From Candidatus Kerfeldbacteria bacterium (GTDB lineage: Bacteria > Patescibacteriota > Patescibacteriia > UBA9570): 64,000 nt of DNA. How positions within the stretch are numbered: position 1 is the stretch's first letter; each line of letters opens with the position of its first letter. The DNA lies in assembly GCA_016182495.1 (NCBI GenBank), contig JACPGK010000022.1, positions 11,092-75,091 on the forward strand, read 5' to 3'. The position numbers and the translations under genes were made by a program. Positions 29,933 through 39,138 of this stretch are shown here, one piece after another. The notes under the pieces are model-generated. The model made no database searches. It had not been told where the DNA came from and saw only the letters and a program-made list of their open reading frames with translations.

Positions 29933-31348
29933 ATGCAGCGGATTACTCGGAAAAATTTTTTTGCAGCTTTAACGGCTGTTTTTTTATTCAGCGCTATTCC
30001 GGTTGTTACCCAAGCTGCTAGCTATATTCGATCACCACAAGTACGTTTGTGGTCAGAAACTAGCAGTGGGTATCAATCACCCAAGCAGTTTTTTGCTTAT
30101 GATGCCAGTTTTACTGGTGGTGGCACAGTCGCAGTGGGCGATGTCGGTAAAGATAGAATTAATGAAATTATTACCGCCGCTGGGCCGGGAGGTAGTCCGC
30201 AAATTCGGATTTTTCGAGTAGATGGCTCATTCATCGGACAATTTTATGCCTACGATCAAGGGTTGCGATCCGGCGTTAATGTGGCCAGTGGCAATATTGA
30301 TAAAGACGCCTCTGGTGAAATTGTCACCGCACCAAAACAAGGTGGTGGTCCGCAGGTGCGGGTATTCACTGGCCGAGGCCAAGTGGACCAAACCGTTGGG
30401 TTTTTTGCCTACGATGAACAGTTTCATGGCGGAGTGAATGTAGCCGTTGGTGACCTCACGGGTGACGGTATTGATGAAATCATTACCGGTAATGGCATAG
30501 ATGGATCACCACACGTGCGCGTATTTTCTGGTGCTGGCCAATGGTTAGGATTAGACTTTTTTCCATTTGCCGAAACTATGCGCGGCGGTGTGAGTGTGGC
30601 TAGTGGTAATATCGATGGCGGCAATGATGAAGAAATTATTACAGCGGTGCAATCAGGCGGTCAGGCTTGGGTAAAAATTTATAAATATAATTCCGCGCGT
30701 ACAATTATAGCTGAATGGAAAGCCTGGCCAGATGATTTTACCGGCGGTATCAACGTGGCGGCTGGTGACGTTGATAATGACGACCGCGATGAAGTGATTG
30801 TGGCTATCAATGGGCGAGGTGGACCGCAAGTAAAAATATTTGAAGCCGATGGCACCGCCATTAATCCAGGCTGGTTTGTGTACGAAGAAGATTTTTATAG
30901 CGGAGTAAGTGTAGCCGTCGGGCAAATTGATCAATCCGCCCAGGCCGAAATTGTCACCTTGCCGAGCAAACTTCCACCCGATGGCCGCACCGATGTTGAT
31001 CGGTATGTGCGGGTTGATTTAAGCGAGCAACGTTTGTACGCTTACGATCATGGTTATCAAGTAAACACATTTTTAATATCGTCTGGTTTACCCCGTACTC
31101 CCACACCGCCAGGGGAATATCATATTCAACGTAAAATTTATAGCCACCTGTATTCTGGCCCGGGTTATTATTTACCAAATACACTCTACAATTTACAATT
31201 TCGCCCGCACTACTATTTACATGGCGCGTATTGGCATAACAATTTTGGTCATCCCATGAGCCACGGTTGTGTGAACATTCACTACGATAACGCTAAGTGG
31301 CTGTACGATTGGATGCAGCCAGGAGATTTAGCAATGATTGAATTATAG
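29933..31348 (+). CDS. Secreted FG-GAP/VCBS-repeat protein with C-terminal L,D-transpeptidase (YkuD) domain
   Basis: It has a signal peptide and six or more FG-GAP-like repeats (..GDVGKDRINEIITAAGPGGSPQIRIF..). The C-terminal YkuD motif is SHGCVNIHYDNAKWLYDW. Confidence 0.75.
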   Translation: MQRITRKNFFAALTAVFLFSAIPVVTQAASYIRSPQVRLWSETSSGYQSPKQFFAYDASFTGGGTVAVGDVGKDRINEIITAAGPGGSPQIRIFRVDGSFIGQFYAYDQGLRSGVNVASGNIDKDASGEIVTAPKQGGGPQVRVFTGRGQVDQTVGFFAYDEQFHGGVNVAVGDLTGDGIDEIITGNGIDGSPHVRVFSGAGQWLGLDFFPFAETMRGGVSVASGNIDGGNDEEIITAVQSGGQAWVKIYKYNSARTIIAEWKAWPDDFTGGINVAAGDVDNDDRDEVIVAINGRGGPQVKIFEADGTAINPGWFVYEEDFYSGVSVAVGQIDQSAQAEIVTLPSKLPPDGRTDVDRYVRVDLSEQRLYAYDHGYQVNTFLISSGLPRTPTPPGEYHIQRKIYSHLYSGPGYYLPNTLYNLQFRPHYYLHGAYWHNNFGHPMSHGCVNIHYDNAKWLYDWMQPGDLAMIEL

Positions 31349-31400
31349 ATTGTCAAAATAGATCGAGTCAGGTATTCTCCTAATACTCTGGAGGAGAGTG

Positions 31401-31493
31401 ATGTATCAAATAGGCACCTGTTTTAATTGTGGACGAGTTGATCGACGCCTGCGTTGTCGCAGAAGCGATGATTTGGTACGGTGTGATACTTGA
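31401..31493 (+). CDS. Candidate small Cys-rich peptide (30 aa) with strong Shine-Dalgarno
   Basis: GGAGGAG lies 5 nt upstream of the ATG. The peptide is MYQIGTCFNCGRVDRRLRCRRSDDLVRCDT (CxxC...C...C). Confidence 0.3.
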   Translation: MYQIGTCFNCGRVDRRLRCRRSDDLVRCDT

Positions 31494-31861
31494 AGGAATA
31501 GCTCATATGGCTGTTCCTTTACCATTTTTCGGGATTATTCCTAATGTACCGGCGGACGAAAAATAATTCCCGTTCAGAATGAATTATTCGTTCATAATAT
31601 CGGGATTGCCATTGAAAATGAAGTAACGGCGGATTTATATGTTTGCATAATTGATGGCAATGAATGACGCGGTAATGGACCGAATGTATTTTTTTTAACG
31701 GGCGTTCGATAATCCTAATCTGATAATCGAATTGATGAAATACGATAACGATTTTGATATTTTTTCTGCCACATAAAAAGCGCTTCCTGGTCTGGCAGCG
31801 TAAAATTTTTGTTGCAATTTCATTTGACCTAAAATCAAAATTGTTTTATTGTACATAAAAT

Positions 31862-33256
31862 ATGAAAAAAGCAATCATTGTTTCGGTGATAACAACTGCC
31901 TGCCTGCCCATAGCTGCCTTGGCAGTTGATAGCATGAATCCAGAAGTACGAGTATTCAATGCTAATTTTGAACAAACTGCCAGCTTTACTGCTCTCGATG
32001 GTAAATTTCAAGGTGGCACAGATGTGGCGGTAGCCGATATCACCGGCGACGGCCAAGCTGAAATTATTGTAGCAGCCAGCCGGGGCGGTGGACCATTAGT
32101 ACAGGTATACCAGGCTGATGGCCAGTTGTTAAATCAATTTTTTGCCTATGATCAAAATTTACGTGCTGGTGTAAAGGTAGCCGCTGGTGATTTAAACAAG
32201 GATGGCAAAGCTGAAATTATTACGGGAGTAGAAGCTGGCGGCGGTCCCCAAATACGAATTTTTAATGGCGCTGGCCAACCCCAATTTACTGGTGGTTTTT
32301 TTGCTTTTGATAGCAGTTTTCGAGGCGGGGTAGATGTGACGGTTGGTGATTTTAATGGCGATGGTACAGTAGAGATCGCCGCTGCGGCTGGCCCAGGCGG
32401 CTCACCCCATGTGCGCCTATTCAACAAAAAAGGTAATTTTATTGGTACAGAGTTTCGGCCTTTTGCCGCTGATAATCATGGTGGCGTTAGCTTAGCCACA
32501 GCCAATGTGGATGGCGGTGCCGATGATGAACTGGTCATGTCTATTCACTCGGCTGGAGAAGGCTGGGTGAAAGTATATAAAAATAATGGTCAAATTATCG
32601 GTGAGTGGAAAAATTTTCCCGGCTTGTATAGTGGAGTGGTGGTAGCAGCTGGCGATGTTGATGCTGATGGGTTTGATGAAATTGCCGTAAGCCCACGACA
32701 AAGTGCCGGGCCACAAGTGTTGTTTTTTGAAGGGCATGGTCAATTGATGAATACCGGTTTTTTTGCTTACCCCAGTGATTTTCGTGGCGGTGTTCGGATA
32801 GCTGGTGGAGATACGAATGGCGATGGAGTTGATGAATGGGTCACTGTGCCAGGTAAAAATCGTGCCCAAGGTAGAGCCGACCTAGTGCGTTATATCGAAA
32901 CTGATATTTCTGAACAAACTACTCGCGTGTACGAATACGGTGAATTGGTGCGCAAATTTAAAGTATCAACCGGCATCGTTCGCTATCCCACACCCATCGG
33001 TCAATGGCAGGTGCTACAAAAAATCTATAATAAAGATTACGAATGGACGTACGGTCCTGATCATCCGGATAATTATAATATCAAAAATGTAAAATGGAAT
33101 TTACGCTATAATGGCCCACTGTATTTACACTATGCCTATTGGCATAATAATTTTGGCTACCGCATGAGTCATGGTTGTACCAATATTGATCGTGTCAATG
33201 CCGAGTGGCTTTATAATTGGGCCCAAGTAGGCGATGTTGTCATTAATAAAGATTAG
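31862..33256 (+). CDS. Secreted FG-GAP/VCBS-repeat protein with C-terminal L,D-transpeptidase domain (paralog of 29933..31348)
   Basis: It has the same architecture. YkuD motif SHGCTNIDRVNAEWLYNW. Confidence 0.75.
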   Translation: MKKAIIVSVITTACLPIAALAVDSMNPEVRVFNANFEQTASFTALDGKFQGGTDVAVADITGDGQAEIIVAASRGGGPLVQVYQADGQLLNQFFAYDQNLRAGVKVAAGDLNKDGKAEIITGVEAGGGPQIRIFNGAGQPQFTGGFFAFDSSFRGGVDVTVGDFNGDGTVEIAAAAGPGGSPHVRLFNKKGNFIGTEFRPFAADNHGGVSLATANVDGGADDELVMSIHSAGEGWVKVYKNNGQIIGEWKNFPGLYSGVVVAAGDVDADGFDEIAVSPRQSAGPQVLFFEGHGQLMNTGFFAYPSDFRGGVRIAGGDTNGDGVDEWVTVPGKNRAQGRADLVRYIETDISEQTTRVYEYGELVRKFKVSTGIVRYPTPIGQWQVLQKIYNKDYEWTYGPDHPDNYNIKNVKWNLRYNGPLYLHYAYWHNNFGYRMSHGCTNIDRVNAEWLYNWAQVGDVVINKD

Positions 33257-33812
33257 TTTTGGATTATGGTGGTGGCTGCCGATGATGGCTATGGCTGCCA
33301 GTATTCCACAAGCTTCGGATGTGATATTAGTATATGATAATGCTAATACTGAACAACAAGGTAAGTACAATTTTCTTTTTACCGTACAGAATGATCCTAT
33401 CATCTACCCTTGTGAAGGTAATCGTTGTAGTATGGTTAACTTTCGTGCACTAGGTGAAGCTACCATCACAGTATATAAATTACCAGAAGGATTTCCGCGC
33501 GTTGCTGGCCTGCAGGATCAAGCCAAATTACAAGAGTATATTAACCAAGCAGATCAGCACTATAGGCTTACTGGTATCGCCACAAATTGGGATACTACCA
33601 GCGATGGTCGGCCGTACCAGTTAGTGTATCTATCGCCTGATGGTAGTTACCGGATAGAGGCAGAAACCTATTCTAAGCCCAGTACTAACAGTAATGTTAC
33701 CACTGCCACGGATCGTACTACTTTACCCAAGTGGTTATGGGGGCTTATTGGTATCGGCACAGTAGTGATAGTGATAGCAGGGGCATTATGGTGGCGCATT
33801 CGACGACTTTGA
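33234..33812 (+). CDS. Hypothetical secreted protein with C-terminal TM anchor
   Basis: N-terminal signal-like segment and a C-terminal hydrophobic helix followed by RRL. Overlaps the upstream gene by 23 nt, so the start is uncertain. Confidence 0.4.
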   Translation: MLSLIKISFGLWWWLPMMAMAASIPQASDVILVYDNANTEQQGKYNFLFTVQNDPIIYPCEGNRCSMVNFRALGEATITVYKLPEGFPRVAGLQDQAKLQEYINQADQHYRLTGIATNWDTTSDGRPYQLVYLSPDGSYRIEAETYSKPSTNSNVTTATDRTTLPKWLWGLIGIGTVVIVIAGALWWRIRRL

Positions 33813-33828
33813 TATATACTACGCTGCG

Positions 33829-35532
33829 ATGACCGTTCGACGCCAATTACAACTGATGGTGTTAATGATTGTCTTGCTCACTGTTGGAGCGGCTGTGGTT
33901 GATTATCCTCAAGGACCAAATATTACTTGGCGGGGTGAATTAGTGCGGGAGTTAAAAATTCATCTGGGACTCGATTTACAAGGTGGTACCTCATTGGTCT
34001 ATCAAGCCGATGTTTCACAAGTACCAGCTGATGAAGTGACCGAAGCCATGGCTGGAGTGCGCGATGTGATTGAGCGACGCATCAACGCTTTTGGTGTATC
34101 AGAAGCCGTGGTGCAAACTAATCGGGTAGGGGAGAATTGGCGAGTGATTGTTGAATTACCAGGTGTTACCGACGTTAATGCAGCGGTGAAGCAAATTGGT
34201 GAGACGCCGTTATTGGAGTTTAAGGTAGAAAAAGTTGATGCTGAATTAACCGATGAACAACGTCAATTCATCCAATCATTAAATGAACAGAGTAAACAGG
34301 AAGCCCAAACTCTGCTTGATCGTATTTTGGCTGGAGAAGATTTTGCCGAAATTGCCAAAGCCGAAAGTCAAGATGATGCCAGTGGTGGCAAAGGCGGCGA
34401 TCTGGGTTATTTTGGTCGAGGTGATATGGTAGAATCATTTGAACAAGCTGCCTTTGCTGGTACAGTGGGCGAGGTGATTCCAAATATAGTGGAATCTGAT
34501 TATGGCTATCATATTATCAAGGTGGTTGATCATACTACGGGAAATCCAAATACCCTGAACGCCGCAGATACTAATACGGCTGAAAACGATGCAGTGGCCG
34601 ATGAAGAAGTGGTGCGAGCAGCTCATATTTTAATCAAGAAAATACCAGAATCAATCGATGTGTTTGGTCCGCAATACGATAACACCGAACTGACTGGCCG
34701 TAATTTAAAACGATCCGAGGTACAGTTTGATCCCACCACCAATCAACCCGTAGTCGCTTTACAATTTGATGACGACGGGTCAAAATTATTTGAAGACATC
34801 ACCAAAAATAATGTTGGTAAAACTGTAGCGATTTATTTAGATGGTTCGCCCATTAGTACCCCGTTAGTGAACGAAGCTATTAGCGGTGGTCAAGCCGTTA
34901 TTCAAGGAGAGTTTACGCTTGATGAAGCTAAACAATTAGCTCGGCGCTTAAATGCCGGAGCCTTACCGGTTAAAATTGAATTAGTGAATCAACGCAATGT
35001 TGGGCCCACGTTAGGCGAAGATGCCATTCAACGTAGCGTCACCGCTGGTATTTTAGGTGTTATCTTACTGGCTATTTTTATGATAGCCTATTACCGTTGG
35101 CCAGGGTTGGTAGCTGTACTGGCTTTGGGTATTTACACTCTAGTGTTATTGGCAGTATTTAAATTATGGCCAGTTACCCTCACTTTGGCTGGGGTAGCTG
35201 GGTTTATTTTTTCACTAGGCGTAGCTGTTGATGCCAATGTGCTTATTTTTGAACGCTTAAAGGAAGAACTACGTCAAGGCAAAGCTTTACAAACCGCTAT
35301 TGATGATGGTTTTAAACGAGCCTGGTTATCAATTCGTGATTCCAATGTGTCATCATTAATTACCTGTTTCATTTTAAGCTGGTTTGGCACTTCTATTATT
35401 AAAGGTTTTGCCGTAACATTAGCACTTGGAATTATTATTAGTATGTTTTCCGCTATTACAGTAACACGCACCTTACTCAAAGTATTACCAGTAAAACATT
35501 CATTATGGTACGGAGTGAAACAACCGAAATAA
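33829..35532 (+). CDS. secD: Protein translocase subunit SecD carrying a parvulin (PpiC)-type PPIase domain in its periplasmic P1 head
   Basis: SecD blocks LGLDLQGGTS, VELPGVTDVNAAVKQIGETPLLEF, AIYLDGSPISTPLV..ALPVKIEL, and the C-terminal TM bundle VDANVLIFERLKEE. The inserted segment GGKGGDLGYFGRGDMVESFEQAAFAGTVGEVIPNIVESDYGYHIIKV plus AAHILIKK is parvulin-like. Confidence 0.85.
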   Translation: MTVRRQLQLMVLMIVLLTVGAAVVDYPQGPNITWRGELVRELKIHLGLDLQGGTSLVYQADVSQVPADEVTEAMAGVRDVIERRINAFGVSEAVVQTNRVGENWRVIVELPGVTDVNAAVKQIGETPLLEFKVEKVDAELTDEQRQFIQSLNEQSKQEAQTLLDRILAGEDFAEIAKAESQDDASGGKGGDLGYFGRGDMVESFEQAAFAGTVGEVIPNIVESDYGYHIIKVVDHTTGNPNTLNAADTNTAENDAVADEEVVRAAHILIKKIPESIDVFGPQYDNTELTGRNLKRSEVQFDPTTNQPVVALQFDDDGSKLFEDITKNNVGKTVAIYLDGSPISTPLVNEAISGGQAVIQGEFTLDEAKQLARRLNAGALPVKIELVNQRNVGPTLGEDAIQRSVTAGILGVILLAIFMIAYYRWPGLVAVLALGIYTLVLLAVFKLWPVTLTLAGVAGFIFSLGVAVDANVLIFERLKEELRQGKALQTAIDDGFKRAWLSIRDSNVSSLITCFILSWFGTSIIKGFAVTLALGIIISMFSAITVTRTLLKVLPVKHSLWYGVKQPK

Positions 35533-36434
35533 AATTATATAATATTTTAGGCACGCGGTACTGGTGGTATGCTATCTCCACTAGTCTGATTATTGTCAGT
35601 TTGGTGATGTATGGCCTGTATGGTTTTCGTTTAGGGATCGATTTTACCGGTGGTTCATTAATACAAGTGCACTATCAAACTAGCGTCCCTAACCCCAGTA
35701 CTATTAATGAACAACTTCAGCCAGTTAATTTAGGCGATACCATCATTCAACCAGCTGGTGATAACACCATGATCATTCGCAGTCGATTTTTAAACGATGA
35801 TGAACGACAAGCAGTACTGGCTGCTCTCGGACCCGATGTAGTGGAAGATAGTTTTGAATCGGTTGGCCCGACTGTGGGAGAAGAGCTTCAACAAAAAGCC
35901 ATTCAGGCTATCGTACTCGTTATCCTAGCCATTGTTATTTATATTACCTGGGCTTTTCGTAGTGTGGCCAAAGGTCCGGTACCATCATGGGCCTATGGTT
36001 TATCAACGATCATAGCTTTAGCACACGATGTTATTATCACAGTAGGTGTATTTGTAGTGTTGGGGCATTGGTATGGTGTTGAACTGAATGCCATGTTTAT
36101 TACTGCTTTGCTCACCATTCTTGGTTTTTCAGTGCATGATACCATCGTGGTATTCGATCGCATTCGTGAAGGTTTACGGCGTAGTGCTCAACGCACCTTT
36201 AGCGGTGTGATTAATGAAAGTATTAATTTCACTTTAATGCGTTCTCTTAATACTTCAACCACCGCCTTGATTGTATTAGCCGTACTGTTTTTATTTGGAG
36301 GGGAATCAACCCGATGGTTTGTGTTTGCTTTACTTATAGGCATTATTGTTGGAACGTACTCTTCTATTTTTATTGCCAGTCCTACACTATTACTGTGGCA
36401 GAAATTTTTACGCGGTAAAAAAGGGTCAATTTAA
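35505..36434 (+). CDS. secF: Protein translocase subunit SecF
   Basis: GIDFTGGS is followed by six TM helices. Overlaps the secD 3' end, so the start is uncertain. Confidence 0.85.
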   Translation: MVRSETTEIKLYNILGTRYWWYAISTSLIIVSLVMYGLYGFRLGIDFTGGSLIQVHYQTSVPNPSTINEQLQPVNLGDTIIQPAGDNTMIIRSRFLNDDERQAVLAALGPDVVEDSFESVGPTVGEELQQKAIQAIVLVILAIVIYITWAFRSVAKGPVPSWAYGLSTIIALAHDVIITVGVFVVLGHWYGVELNAMFITALLTILGFSVHDTIVVFDRIREGLRRSAQRTFSGVINESINFTLMRSLNTSTTALIVLAVLFLFGGESTRWFVFALLIGIIVGTYSSIFIASPTLLLWQKFLRGKKGSI

Positions 36435-36483
36435 GTTTAACCATAATATTGACAGTTTGTAAAAAAAATGCTATACTTCTGGC

Positions 36484-37560
36484 ATGCAAACTGGTTCTAT
36501 ATTAGATCGCATTATTGCTAGCAAAGAAGATCAAGCCAAACAAAATTTTGATCCAGCCGAGGTTATTGCCATTATTTTAAAAAAGCTCACCACTAAAGAG
36601 GCTGATGTTTTACAGCGCCGATTTGGTTTAAACGGGGTAGCTCAAGAAACCCTCGAAGCCATTGGTAATTCGTACCACGTCACTCGCGAACGAGTTCGTC
36701 AGATTGAAAATTTAGCGATCAAAAAGCTACAACACGATCCTAATTTTAGCAACCTGATGAAACCAATTGAACACGTTGTTATGACTGTTTTAGGTGAACA
36801 TGGTGGTATGATGAGCGAAGCCCAGCTGCTGGAAGAATTATTTTTAGGGGTGCGTTCGGCTAGCAATGATCAAGCTATTCTGTTTATTTTGTCAGAATTA
36901 GTTGATTATCGTTTCGATCAAATTGGTCCTGATGAAGAATTTCTCAAGGCTTGGAAAAATAAAACTACTGATATTGCTGCTATTGAAACAATCATTACCC
37001 AGTTAATTAATATCATCGCTGCTGCTAATCAGCCATTAAGCTTTGTGGATATTTATAATAAGATCAACGATCACACCATATCACGCTCGGCGGTAGAATC
37101 ATACTTACGTATTAGTAATCAGCTGGCTCGTAACCCTTTTGATGAATTTGGTTTGCAACAATGGGGTAGCGTGATACCGCGACGGATGAATGATAAAATT
37201 TATTTAGTATTAAAAAAGTTTGGTAAGCCGATGCATTTTGTAGACATCGCCCAAAAAATAACCGAAGTGTTTAAAAAAGAAGCCTATCCGCCAACCGTGC
37301 ATAATGAGTTGATTTTAAATAAACAGTATGTGTTAGTTGGTCGCGGCATTTATGCTTTACATGAATGGGGGTATCAACGTGGCGTAGTGGCCGATGTGGT
37401 GGCAGAAATTTTAAAAGCTAGCCCGCAACCATTAACGCGCGATGATATTGTGGCAGCGGTCTTAGAACAGCGGCTAGTGAAGCGTAATACCATTCATTTG
37501 GCGCTCACCAATAAACAACGGTTCGTGCGTTTAACGGACGGCCGTTATACTTTAGCGTAA
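36484..37560 (+). CDS. Sigma-70 region-4 (HTH) domain protein with unknown ~270-aa C-terminal region
   Basis: Residues ~30-90, KEADVLQRRFGLNGVAQETLEAIGNSYHVTRERVRQIENLAIKKLQH, match sigma70 region 4.2. It has no region 2 or 3. Confidence 0.55.
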   Translation: MQTGSILDRIIASKEDQAKQNFDPAEVIAIILKKLTTKEADVLQRRFGLNGVAQETLEAIGNSYHVTRERVRQIENLAIKKLQHDPNFSNLMKPIEHVVMTVLGEHGGMMSEAQLLEELFLGVRSASNDQAILFILSELVDYRFDQIGPDEEFLKAWKNKTTDIAAIETIITQLINIIAAANQPLSFVDIYNKINDHTISRSAVESYLRISNQLARNPFDEFGLQQWGSVIPRRMNDKIYLVLKKFGKPMHFVDIAQKITEVFKKEAYPPTVHNELILNKQYVLVGRGIYALHEWGYQRGVVADVVAEILKASPQPLTRDDIVAAVLEQRLVKRNTIHLALTNKQRFVRLTDGRYTLA

Positions 37561-37568
37561 TTTTATTT

Positions 37569-39137
37569 ATGCCCCCGTTTCTGCAAGCTCTCCTGATCGA
37601 GTACGGCTCTAATCCATTCAAGGCATTTTGGTTTTTGTTTAGCCATGGTGGGTCCTTGGTGATTATTCCGTTTATGGTGCATTACGCTTGGCGTGGTTGG
37701 ATTTTGTATATTGAAGAATTAGTCAAACATCACCGTAAATACAAAATGTATCGCATTGAAGTACCGCAAAACAACGAACAAAGTATGAAAGCGGTGGAAC
37801 AAATTTTTGTACATATTTATGGCACCAAAGATCATCCTCATAATCGAGTGCATAAGTATTGGCATGGGTTTTGGCAAGAAGAATTTAGTTTTGAACTAGT
37901 TAGTGATGGTGGTTATATCAGTTTTCATGTCCGTACCCCAGCCTACTATGGCGAATTGGTTCAAGCAGCTTTTTATGCACAATATCCTGATGCCGTATTA
38001 ACCGAGATAGAGGATTATACTAAAGAAATTACTCCAGAAATGATTATGTCTGAAAAAATCCGTTGCTGGGGATCAGAAATGGAACTAGAACAAACTGATG
38101 TGAGACCAATTAAATGTTGGCCAGCGTGGGAACATAACTTAGTCGGTCGAGCAGTTGATCCGTTAGCTTCAATTTTAGAATTTATGAGTCGCCTTCAGCC
38201 CGGTGAACGATTGTGGTATCAATTAATTTGTCAACCAGATGACCTGCCAGAATTAAAAGAACGGGCCAAAGAATTGATCGATTCAGTAGTAGAACCTGGC
38301 GGAGTGCATCATGGAGCGTCAATTCTTGACCGTATTATTGATTTCCCAATAAAGTTACTAGAATATCTTGGTATGGCTGTATTTGGTGGAGAGGCTACTC
38401 CGGTCATTCACGAAACAGGTTTAACTGAACGACAACGTCTCACCACTCCAGAACGAGAATTAGTTGAAGAAGTTGATCGTAAAGCCTCTCGCTGGCCATT
38501 TCGCTGCAAGTTACGGTTTATGTATTTTGCTTCTCCAAAACTATACGATGAAAAAAAGGGCCGTCGCGGCATGGTAGGTGGATTAAAGTTGTATCGTTTT
38601 ATTAATGCTTTTGAAGAAGGTCATCGTACGCGTACCGAAGTAGCTACCTTATGGCTTCGTTGGATTGCTCCTCATATCAGAATATTGTGGCGAGCCCGTC
38701 GCATGCTGTGGGCCTATAAATCACGTGATACCGAACGAGGAGAGCATCATGGTTTTATTTTGAGTACCGAAGAAATTGCCAGTGTATTTCATTTTCCGCA
38801 AATTGAAGTGCGGGCGCCATTTGTGGCAAAAACTGCTAGTCGGGGAGTTGAACCACCCACTCAATTACGCTATGGTGCGGTAGAAGAAGCTTTGGTTGGC
38901 GCCAGTGTTAGTATAGAACGAGATGATGTTGCAGCCAACGAGTTACCGCGGGCTAATATTGTGCCTGAAGAGGCGAATAGTCATCCAGGAGCCATTCCTC
39001 CAGGAACGCGCTTCTCTACACCAATCGTTCGGGTTGAACCAACTTCGACTGCGGTTACACCAGTAAACACTGCCCCAGCTAGTGCCAAGGCTGAACCATC
39101 AGGCCCAACCCCACCACCTAATTTACCAATTGTGTAA
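37569..39137 (+). CDS. Hypothetical membrane-associated protein, co-operonic with TraD-like ATPase
   Basis: 522 aa with two N-terminal hydrophobic helices. The gaps are 8 nt to the upstream gene and 1 nt to the downstream ATPase. Confidence 0.45.
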   Translation: MPPFLQALLIEYGSNPFKAFWFLFSHGGSLVIIPFMVHYAWRGWILYIEELVKHHRKYKMYRIEVPQNNEQSMKAVEQIFVHIYGTKDHPHNRVHKYWHGFWQEEFSFELVSDGGYISFHVRTPAYYGELVQAAFYAQYPDAVLTEIEDYTKEITPEMIMSEKIRCWGSEMELEQTDVRPIKCWPAWEHNLVGRAVDPLASILEFMSRLQPGERLWYQLICQPDDLPELKERAKELIDSVVEPGGVHHGASILDRIIDFPIKLLEYLGMAVFGGEATPVIHETGLTERQRLTTPERELVEEVDRKASRWPFRCKLRFMYFASPKLYDEKKGRRGMVGGLKLYRFINAFEEGHRTRTEVATLWLRWIAPHIRILWRARRMLWAYKSRDTERGEHHGFILSTEEIASVFHFPQIEVRAPFVAKTASRGVEPPTQLRYGAVEEALVGASVSIERDDVAANELPRANIVPEEANSHPGAIPPGTRFSTPIVRVEPTSTAVTPVNTAPASAKAEPSGPTPPPNLPIV

Positions 39138-39138
39138 T

